Of a DNA stretch of 64,000 bases, positions 34,379-44,882 are shown in pieces. Under the pieces are notes generated by a model. That model searched no databases and was not told the DNA's origin. It was given only the letters and a program-made list of their open reading frames with translations. This DNA is from Azolla caroliniana (Eukaryota > Plantae > Polypodiophyta). The stretch is from NCBI GenBank assembly GCA_043228905.1, contig JBHGNT010000005.1, positions 12,772,001-12,836,000 of the forward strand. The letters are read 5' to 3'. The position numbers and the translations under genes are program-made. Position 1 is the stretch's first letter, and each line of letters begins with the position of its first letter.

Positions 34379-37254
34379 TGTTGTTGGGGTGGGGGGTGAA
34401 CCCCCTCCCAAGGGGGTTACGATAGAGAGAGAGAGAGAGAGCAAGAGTTAAAGAAAAATACAAAATGACACAAAATGAGAGGGGAAAAATGTATATCTCA
34501 TTACATACCCCATAGGGGGTTTATATAATACATCTAATGTAACGGTTACATGACCGTTATAAATAAGACCGTTACACATTCTTGTACACATGCACATAAT
34601 TGTGCATGTGTCCATACACATACTCATCCTCACACACTCATTTGCTTTACACATACACATCAACCACATCATTACACATACCCTTATGCCTCCCCGTATA
34701 TTCTTACGGGTAACACATGGCACGCTTGTGGGACAGTGCATTGCACGGTGAACCCACTCGCCATGGCAACTCTTCTCGACCGGAACTCCATCGGTCGTCT
34801 CAACGGTCGGAAATCCCTCGACCGGATCACTGCTCTACGATCGATAACTTTGATTGGAGCTTTGCTTGACTCGAACCTTCTCGTTCGGTCAACACAATGC
34901 ACGATTGGATCATACACCAATCGGTTAGTTCACTGTGGCATGGGTCGTGAAATCGTGTTGTGTGTTTATGTATTTTTTCTTTCGTCATGTGAAGTGAGTT
35001 TTATATTTTGTACCCTTTGGTCTTTAAAATTTTGCCCTTAATTTATTTTTTTATTTTTAATTTTATTATTATTGTCATAGGCCCTCCTGTTCTTTTTTGA
35101 AATATCCTCTTCTGCCCTCTAGTTTTTTTAAATTTCATCGTCTACCCTTGAGCTTTTGAAATTCCATTGACATGCCTTTATGATTCTGAAATTCGGATTT
35201 ATGCCCCTCTGTTTTCAAAATTTTGTTTTCAACCTCTTTCGTTTTCTCTATTCTTCTGTCCATAGTCGTCTTTGTTCATTTCTTCTTGTTTTTCACTTCT
35301 GATTTCTCTCTTCTTCCTTTCTGTTTTCTTCTCCGTCTCTGTCTTCTTCCTGCGTTCTTCTCCTTGCTTTCTTCCATTTCTTCTTCATCTTCATCTGTTT
35401 TTCCTCCTTTAGCCATGGCAAGAGCTCGATGGAGCTCTCTCTCTACTCTGTCTTGGTCTATGTCTGTGTCTGTGTTCGTCAAAGTCGTTTCTGTTCGTCG
35501 GCCGTCGGTCGTGCCTGTCCGTTGGCCATCTGTCGACCGTCGCCGTCATGAACTGTCCGACGACCATCTCTCAGTTCGGCCGGCTGTGTCTGATTTTTGT
35601 TGTCTGGCTCATTGGTTGTCTCTCTTGGGTGGCTGCGCGTCTCGGCTAGGCTTTTCGCTACGCGTCTCGGTCGTCATTTTTCGGCCATCACTTGGCCGTA
35701 CTCTCGGCCGCGCATCTCGGCCATGCGTCTGGACTGTCTTCTCGGCCGTGCTCTGGCCATGCTCTTGGTCACACGTCTCGATCATTGTCGGCCATTGTCT
35801 GACCAATCGGCACTACCATTTGGCCACTATCGGCTACTGCCCTTCGGCCATCAGCCGCCGCTATTCGGGCTTGTCCATTCGGGCGTTGTCTGACCACTAC
35901 CCGACCATTGTTCGGCCGTTGCTCGAATGGCTGTAGCGGCTTCAACTCTTGCTTCTCGCCACTGTGCTTCTTGGACTTCTTTTATGAAAAATCAAACTTC
36001 CAAGGTTTCCTAACAAAGCAACCATACTGAGCCTTAATAGTATCTATGCTGATGGAGAGGGTAGTGGCATTGTACTCATCGATTTGATGGGATCAACAAT
36101 GAGTATCTCCATAAATGCCTCTTCCTTTCTTTCCCGTTAAATTTGCTTCGTCTTGATTGAGAAGGATCATATTCACCACAACAAGCAACACAGTCATATT
36201 CATTAGTACTAGTAATTCCATCTATGCTGTGAGAGAGACATGCTCCCATTTCTACTCCACTTTCGGATGATCAGATCAGACTTCTGAGTGAAAGATTAAT
36301 GTAGGACAAACCCCTTACACATAAATTGTAACTTATATTCCCGCCATCATACCGATCTGCTACCGGTGATGGCAGAGCTGCTGGTCCACATACCTCAATC
36401 TCCCCCATCCCACCAAAGGAGTTGCTGCTATCCAGAGGAGGAGGGTATCTGATGATGGTGATGGTGATTATGGTGAAAATGATAACGCTGACGAAGAAGC
36501 CAAAACTTCCAAATATCCACAGAATCGTTCTCTTTCCTTTGCAGATAGTTGCTTTCTATAGAGAGAGAACAATATAGCTACGCCTAAGCACAGAAAGATT
36601 AGGGTTTCTTTCTTGAAATCAAAGTAAAGGTCGATTTGGAAAAAAGAAGAATGACATATTACAACACACAAAAGATAAGGGGAAGAGCAAAAAGATAGTC
36701 ATCTCACTAAATCTCTAGATCCTGATTCCCAACGCACACGAAGAACCTTTAATAAAAGAGATCACCATACAGAGAGTCTATGCATAAAACCACTCTCTCT
36801 AACACATATAGTAACAATACACAACAAAGGAGAGAGAGAGAGATTAGTGATGGAGAGGAGAGCGAGGGAGGGAGGGAGATGTGACTACTTCTCAAAGGAG
36901 GGTCGTCCCACGAAGCGTGCCAAAAGTGTTGTTGGGGTGGGGGGTGAAGCCATTCCAAGGGGATTACGATAGAGAGAGAGCAAGAGTGAAAGACAAATAC
37001 AAAATGACACAAAATGAGAGGGGAAAAATGTATATCTCATTACATACCCCATAGGGGGTTTATATAATAAATCTAATGTAACAGTTACATGATCGTTATA
37101 AATAAGACCGTTACACATTCTTGTACACATGCACATAATTATAAATGTGTCCATACACATACTCATCCTCACACACTCATTTGCTTTACACATACACATC
37201 AACCACATCATTACACATACCCTTATGCCTCCCCGTATATTCTTACGGGTAACA
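34379..37254 (-). mobile_element. Non-autonomous LTR element (2.9 kb, no gag/pol) with PBS-like sequences at both internal ends
   Basis: Direct repeats 34379-34715 and 36927-37254 (TG...CA); CAACA TSD at 34374-34378 and 37255-37259; TATATAAA on the minus strand in each LTR; TGGCACGCTTCGTGGGAC (minus, 36905-36922) and TGGCACGCTTGTGGGAC (plus, 34718-34734). Confidence 0.9.
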
Positions 37255-37340
37255 CAACAATACACAAAAATATTCCGCAATACACAAGATTATACACAAC
37301 AATACACAAAAATATTCCGCAATACACAAGATTATACTCA
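37255..37340. repeat. 42-bp tandem duplication
   Basis: CAACAATACACAAAAATATTCCGCAATACACAAGATTATA repeated with a period of 42. Confidence 0.85.
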
Positions 37341-37379
37341 AGATTATAGACAGAATAGTTCTTCAAATCCAAGACCGAA

Positions 37380-38520
37380 CAGTGGTGGTAATCTAGGGCC
37401 AAATAGCGGCAACTTAGTGTAGAATGGCAGCAGTGGAGGAGTGACGACAAGTGAGAGTAGAATGGCAGCAGTGGAGAAGGAGTGAACTCCTTCGGATCGA
37501 AAAGTGGCAGCAATACATGACTGAATAGTAGCAGCAACTGAGTGTAGAATGATTGCAATGGATGAGTGAACTCCGTCAAATCGAAAAGTGGCAGCAATCC
37601 AGGACCGAACAGTAGCGGCAACTTAGTGTAGAATGATGGCAATGGAGGAGTGAACTCCGTCAAATCGAAAAGTGGCAGATGATGCTTGGAACACACAATG
37701 ACGACAACTGAGAGTACAATGGCGGTAGTGGAGGAGTGAACTCCCTCGGATCGAAAAGTGGCAGCAATACATGATGGAACAGTAGCGGCAACTAAGTGTA
37801 GAATGATGACAATAGATGAGTGAACTCCGTCAAATCGAAAAGCGGCAACAATCCACGATCGAACAGTAGCGGCAACTAAGTGTAGAATGATGGCAATGGA
37901 TGAGTGAACTCCGTCAAATCGAAAAGCGGCAACAATCCACGATCGAACAGTAGCGGCAACTAAGTGTAGAATGATGGCAATGGATGAGTGAACTCCGTCA
38001 AATCGAAAAGCGGCAACAATCCACGATCGAACAATAGCGGCAACTAAGTGTAGAATGATGGCAATGTATGAGTGAACTCCGTCAAATCGAAAAGTGGCAA
38101 CAATCCAAGACCGAATAGTAGCGGCAACTAAGTGTAGAATGATGACAATGGAGGAGTGAACTCCATCAGATCGAATAGTGGCAGATGATGCTTGGAACGC
38201 ACAATGACGACAACTGGGAGTAGAATGGCGGTAATGGAGAAGGAGTTAACTCCGTCGGATCGAAAAGTGGCAGCAATATACGACCTTCACAGTAGCGGCA
38301 ACTAAGTGTAGAGTGGCGGCAATGGAGGAGTAAACTTGGCAAATGATGCTTGGACTGAATAGTGGCGGAAACTAAGTGTAGAATGGCAGCAATGGAGGAG
38401 TGAACTCCATCGTATTGAACATTGGCAGATGATACTTGGACCACACAATGTCGGTAATTGAGTGTAGAATGGTGGTAATGGAGGAGTGGACTCAATAGGG
38501 TTTAGCACCAGTGGTAGTAA
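37380..38520. repeat. Minisatellite with an ~84-bp unit inside the DNA transposon
   Basis: ACTAAGTGTAGAATGATGGCAATGGATGAGTGAACTCCGTCAAATCGAAAAGCGGC... recurs at 37791, 37875, 37959 and 38043 (period 84), with degenerate flanking copies. Confidence 0.92.
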
Positions 38521-39268
38521 TCTAAGCCAAAATACTCAACTAGAGATGACCCACGTTGTCGAGGTATTCCTCGCGGATGCGTGGAATGAGGCGGGACCTC
38601 GGGGGTCCTGTACCGAAGAGCAAGAGAGAAAGGAGAAGAGACCCACTACGTGTGAGCGTAGATCCACAGGGACACGGCCCTTCGACACGAAGACGCGAGC
38701 GTGGAAACCAACACAGAGAAGCACAACGGTATGTAAGTATATATTAACAGAGACAAACAACAAAATGCGAAGTCGGTTACAACCGAACAGGCCGACGAAC
38801 AAATGCCGATGCCTGTTCGTAAACGCACAGAAAGAAAGAAGCAAGTTGGAGGTGCTGCCGGAAGCACTCGGGCATTCCTCAGAGCAACGCGAGCCTCCCG
38901 AAACCTGCACAGAAAGAAGCTATGGAGTTTGGAAGAGAGAGAAGCCTTCCGCCCACAATCCGACAGCACTTCGTCCTCTCTTACTTCGCGATCCTTTCTC
39001 CCTTCTCGTCTCCCTCCTTTTATAGGCATGGAAGGAGCCGTTTCCTATTAACTTCCTACCTACCGAATCTACCTACCTAGGATCTCCTATGTCCCTAATT
39101 CTCTCCTATGTACAACACAAGGCGTACGTGCATGAAGAGCCGGTTCCTATGCTCCGGCGCACCGATTCCGCTCGTGGACGGTTTTCTTCACGACATCCGC
39201 CCCCACCTAACCGCGCATCCACCGGCATGCGCCAAATTGAGTTGGGACGGAGAAAACCGGTCCAGCCT

Positions 39269-42200
39269 TCATTCCCCGCCCGTCGGTTCTTCCTCGGTTT
39301 CGGATCGTTCGTCGTTCCGGTCCAGGTTAACCGGATCTGGCTCGTCGTCGTGTCGCTTCTTGAACGCTTTGATCCGCTTCCCAGCTACCGGTATCGCCAC
39401 TCTCGTGCCGTCGAGTTCCGCCAGATGGTACGTCCCATTGTCGTTGGCGCTTTGTACCATGTAAGGCCCGAACCACCTTCTTGCGAACTTCCGTGTCGCT
39501 CGGTGCTGGTTGTCGAGGCTGCTGTCGTAGCCTTCCTCAATCTTCTTCGGTCGGAGCCGGTGCGTTCGGTCGAACCGGGCTTTGTTCCTCATCCTTGCTT
39601 CCCGAAGCTTTTCCGCAGCCACGTCCTCCCGTCTTCGCTCGAGCTGTCGTATACGCGCCGCCAGCAGTTCCTCCCGGCTCATCTCGTCTCTCCAGTCCAC
39701 GGTTGCCCACGAGGAGATCGTACGTTCCATCGGCATGACCGGCTTCTGCCCAAACATGAGCTCTGCCGGCATGAATCCGGTTACCGAACTGTGCGTAGTT
39801 CGGTCAGCCCACAATGCGTAAGGCAGCAGCCGCGGCCAGTTCCCGACTTGCCCCCCGCATGCTCGAACTAACGCCTTGACGATCGGTCCGTGTCCGTGCT
39901 CCACCTTCCCATTCGCCTCCGGATTGTACGTAGTGGTAAGCGAGAGCTTGACTCCTAGCCGGTCGAACAACTCCTCGGCCTCTTCGGCGTCCAACTCCCC
40001 GCGATCAGCCACGATCTTCCCGACGCACCCGTACCGGCATATCACGTCCTCGAGCAGGAACCGACATACGGCTGCGGTCGTCTTGTTCTGAAGGGCTTGG
40101 CCTTCTACCTGGTTCGTCAGATCTTCCCGAGCTAGGACCAGATACCGCATCTGTCCTACTCCCATCGGCATCGTCACCAGGTCTACCATCCATTTGAAGT
40201 GGATGGTCGGAGGGTACGTAGGGTGAAGCTCGTCCCGATGTCGGACTATGGAGTGCATTTGACAGCTCTCGCAAGTTGTCACGAACCGATGCACGTCCCG
40301 GTACAGTCCCGGCCACCGGTACTTCCCCTTTATCTTCTCGAACGTGGCCCACGTTCCACGGTGTCCAGCCCAAGGGCTGTCGTGGTAGGCTGTCAGCAGC
40401 TCCTCCTGTTCTTCCTTCATCACCACCACTCGGAGCGGGACGTCGTTCCTCTTCTTCGGGTGCTTCCATAAGTATCCGTCCCGGAGAAAGAATCGGTAAG
40501 CTTTCTTCCGGATCCGGTTGGCCTCGTCCTTCGTCCATGACGCATCCAGCGTCATTGTCCTCAAAAATCCACCGATCTGGAGCCACTCGCCGTCGTACTT
40601 GCTCTCGTCGAAGTCGTTAAGTGCCGGAGTGCTCGTCCCATCGGTCGTCACGTATGCTGCCTCGAAGAAGTCCACGCCGACTTCTTCGTCCTCCGAAACC
40701 ATGCCGCCCTCGTCATCAAACCTCGCCCTCGAAAGCATGTCGGCCATGGCGTTGTCCTTTCCAGAAATGTGCCGTATTTCCGGGTCCAGGGACTTGATGT
40801 ACGCTATCCACCGGAGCATCGCCAGGTCCAGTGTCGCGCATCCGGAAACCATGCCGAGAATCGGCAAGCAATCCGTCTCGATAACCACTTCTGTCCCGAT
40901 CAGGTAGTCTTTGTCGGCCTTTACTGCCGAAACGATACCCCAGAGTTCGCGTTTAACCTGGGCGTACCCTCGCTGTCGCTCACTGAGGACTTTCACGCCG
41001 AATCAGATCGGGAACCGAATGCCGTCCCCGTCTTCTTGGTTGATGACCCATCCGATCCCGGTCGGACTCGTATCCACCGTTATGTATACCCGGGTACCCT
41101 TCCCGTAGACAGCCTTCCGGAGCGCCGGTGCTGCCGCAAGAGCTTCCTTCAGCTTCCGGACCGACTCTGTGTGCTCGTCTCGCCACTTGAATTTTCGCCC
41201 TTTCTTCAGCAACCCCTATAGTGGCTCCGCAACGTGGGCGTAATGCGGGATCCATACGTGGTAGAACGCGCATGCCCCCAGGAACCTCCGAACTTCCGTA
41301 ACCGAGCTACAGTCGGTCTTCATCGCGGAGATGGCTTCTACCTTTGCCGGAGACGGCTTCCGGCCATATGGTCCACATAGGTGCCCGATCACCAGGATTT
41401 CTGATTGCCCGAAGGCCGATTTCTCCCCGGAGAAGGTGAGCCTCGCATCCTCTAGCCTTTGTAGCACCTTCTCGCAGTCGTCGATGTGTGTTGCCACGAA
41501 TCGCCGGCATCCGTCCGGCCCGAGTGTCTCGTCCTTCTCTTCCACCGGGCACCCCTTGATAGGGATGTCGTCTAGAAACGGCATGGTGATGTCCGGGATG
41601 CAATCCCTTAGTATTTTGTTCATTGCATTCACCATGTGGGCCACCGAGTTGGTCCCTCCTTGTGGCAGGGTACACATTCGCACTAGGCCGAGGGGAGTTC
41701 GCATCGTCGTAATGTCTCTGCTCTCCACGGCTAGCTGGAACTGGTTGTACCCTGAGTACAGATCACCGACCGAATAAATTGACCTTCCGGCGAAGGCTTC
41801 CGCGAACTCGTCTATGGTCGGTCCGATTCCTGCGTTCCGAATGGTCACTCTGTTGACCGGCTGCAGGTCCTGAATGAAGCGCAATGTTCCGTTTTTCTTT
41901 GGTACGGTAAACCATCGGTTCGAGTATGGCGCGCTCGACGGTTCGAGAATACCCATATCGACCTTCTGCCTCAGTAGCTCCATCAACTCCTGGATGTGAG
42001 CTCTCGGTACTGGAATCGGCTTGAGATTCCATGGCACATGCGGTACCGTGAATATCACCATCGGCTCCACGATTGTCGGGTCTACGCACCCGATCTCTTC
42101 CGGCGAGAATGCGAAGGCTTTCCCGTGCCTTCCGAGCATTCTCCGAAACCGGTCTTCCTCCGCCGTCAGTAGGAACCCGCCCCCACCGATCTTGAGCTCC

Positions 42201-42750
42201 CGGAGCGTCCCGTCGGTGAAGGTGTGTCCTATGCAGGCCGGATCTCATAAACTGGGGTCCGACGCAACCCCTCTGATTCGGGACTCGCTGCCCTCCGGTA
42301 AGGGTGCCGCGACTGGCCTTACCTTCCGGTCCACAGTCTTGAACTTCGTGCCAACTCTGGCCGTCCGATCCGACCGGAGCCCCTGGCTGAAGTTCGCGAT
42401 GACTTCGTACATCTCTTCGGAACATACCGGTATCGTCTGGTCTTCGTTAAGGTCTTCTCCGGCTACCTTCCTCAGCATTCCCAAGGTGTCGTCGAAGGAG
42501 ACCGCCTCCACGGCTCCGTTGATTTCCTTGTCCGGGCCAAGAACTCCGCACGCTCGAAGTCGCTCCTCCGCCCTTCCCTTTTCTCGGCCAACGATGCCGA
42601 CTATCATACACCCTCCGTTGTTGGAGAAGCAGAATTTTCTACCTATCGTACAAGGTTTCTTCGGTTTCGGTTCTATCGTACAGCTGTGGGGTCTTTCCCG
42701 AGTGTCCGGACTGTCTCGGCCCCACGCCTTGGCAGCCCTCTCTAAAAATC
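39269..42750 (-). pseudogene. Gypsy pol (RT-RNase H-integrase) with in-frame stops
   Basis: Same-frame ORF pieces 42245-42607, 41216-42139, 41003-41212 and 39269-40996, separated by single stop codons. Confidence 0.88.
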
Positions 42751-44882
42751 CTCCCGGTTCTCGCCACCGAGGGATTCGCGGTTCCGCTCGTGGTTCGGCC
42801 GCACCGTCAGAAATTGGACCGAATGGCGCCCGTCCTGGCTCTTGACCCTCGCGTAGGCCGAACTGTTGTCCAGCACTTTTGTCTCCATTCGTGCCGCTGT
42901 GATGTACGGTTCCCCTAATATGACCGGATGCGAGGACGTCTCCTGTACGAAGAAGTGCTGGTCAATCTCGACGTCGCCAATCTTGACTCGCACGTTCGGG
43001 CAGGCCCCGTGCAGTTCCTCAGTGGCGCGCATCGCCGCCCGTATCTTCCACCCGTGCTTGGTGTTGATCGGCCACTTCCCCTTCTTATAGAAGTCCATGG
43101 ACATCAGGTTTATTTCCGAACCGTGGTCCACCAATGCCACCACCGGTTCCTGAACATCTCCGATCTTTACCGGGGTCTCCGTGGTCGCTCGGGCCCAATG
43201 CGGCCTTGAATAGAGGCTCTCCGCCCACTCATCTTCCAGCGCCATGTCGTCGATGTGCGTCGTCCGCACCTCCACCGGTCTTTCCGGTTCCGTCTCCGTC
43301 GACAGCCTCTTCCGTTTCACCAGGTCCACAATGGAGTCGTGGAACTCCTTCTTGGCGATCCCTAGCACCTCTCGCAATGACAGCTCCACCTTGCTGTCGA
43401 GGATCCGTTCCTCTAGGACCTTCCGTAAGTCCGTAGTCCTTTCTATTTCCGTCCCCAGTCGGTATCCGCCCTTCCTGGGGTTATCTTGCGAGCTGGACCC
43501 ACCGGCATCGTTCCGTCGTTGCCCGAATCGGGTCTCGTACCGTTGTGAGGGCCCGGCCGCTCCGGCTTTCCCCACTCGTTTGTCTTCTACCAAAGCCTCG
43601 TAGTTCCGGTAGGCGGCTTCTACGAAGCCCGTCTTCTCCTCGACCGGATCGCTCCACCCGGTTATTTCCCGAACCCGTCTCTCAACGCGGTCCGTTTCAT
43701 CTTTCTTTAGTCGTGCGCCGGCAAGACCTTCCAGCATTGCCGACCAGAATCTGTCTCTGCCCTCCTTTCGGGCCTCGCTGCCCCCGACCCGAATGCCGGC
43801 CGACGCCGAGTAGTGGATGGCCTCCACGTGTTGGGCCGCTGCCTCTTCCATCAGTCTCTTCATTCCCCCTCGCCCGTCGTTTCGGTTTAGGGCCCTTCTG
43901 GTGTCGCCGGCGTGCACCCGACCTTCCCACAGGTACACCACCCGGTTCCTCAACGCTTCTGCGAAATCGCCGCAGTCCTTCCGGATGTGGCCGACCTCGT
44001 CGCACCACATGCACCTGTTCCCTGCTACCGGCCGTCGGTCACGAGCCGGTTCGCTGCCTTCCCTTCGAGTCTGGGCGATCTGGAGATCCTTTATCACCCG
44101 CGTCAACTCGTCCAGCGTTGCTCCTCCGGACGAGCCACTGACCATGCCGGTCGAAGCCGGACCTGTTTCGAGCCATTCCCGGGTTTCTTCCCTTCGCCCT
44201 TGCGGTGCCGGTTCAAGCCTCCTTGCTGTGACAGAGCCCGCACCAGCCGCCCCGTTGTCAGCCCATTCTCGCCGTTTGTCGAAACGGCCACAGACTCTCT
44301 TAACCGCAGCCCAGTCGGTCGTCAGCCCCTTCGGTCGTCAGCCCCTTCGGTTTCCAGCAAGGAGCCGACTTGATCCCGGTCCCGCTCGTCCACCGACTTG
44401 ACGAACAGTAGGACCCGACTCGTATCTAGAATGGTTCGGTCAAGCGCCGAAAGGCGCGCAAAGCGTTCTTCAAACTCCCGGAGGAGTGCCGACGGGTTTC
44501 TTCCCTTGCCGGGGGACTCCACCCACTCCATGAAGTCCCGTTTCGAAAGCCGGAGCGCGTCGTCCAGCCCGTATTTTTCTAGGAGTCGACCTTCGAACTC
44601 CTCCCAGGTACGGCTCTCCGCCCGCACCTCGAGCACCTCCGCATGGATGCTCGACATCGCCACTCGAGGGAACTCGGCAAGACGCCTCTCTTCCGGAATG
44701 TCCCGCATCAGCATTTCTGCTCCGTAGGACGCCAAATACTTCGTGGCATCCTTTCCGCTGAACCGGCCGATCGTACCGACGACCGCCTCAATGGCTCTGT
44801 CGAGGGCGTCGGAGCCCTCTCGTGCGCTCAATATCCGATCCACGGCCGAATCCATGGCCTCCGCAAGATCCGACCCTTTCAT
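42742..44882 (-). pseudogene. Gypsy gag-protease ORF, frameshifted by a 16-bp tandem duplication
   Basis: ATG at 44882 (MKGSDLAEAM); duplication TCGGTCGTCAGCCCCT x2 at 44315-44346; CMWCDEVGHIRKDC knuckle; ALVDHGSEINLM protease; stop after ...REDF. Confidence 0.88.

Noticed and set aside
35223-35936. 237-aa plus-strand ORF in the small LTR element
   Set aside because: Low-complexity CT-rich and GGCC-repeat sequence with no domain signal; probably spurious.
37223-38508. ORFs across the 84-bp minisatellite
   Set aside because: By-products of a repeat unit whose length is a multiple of 3.
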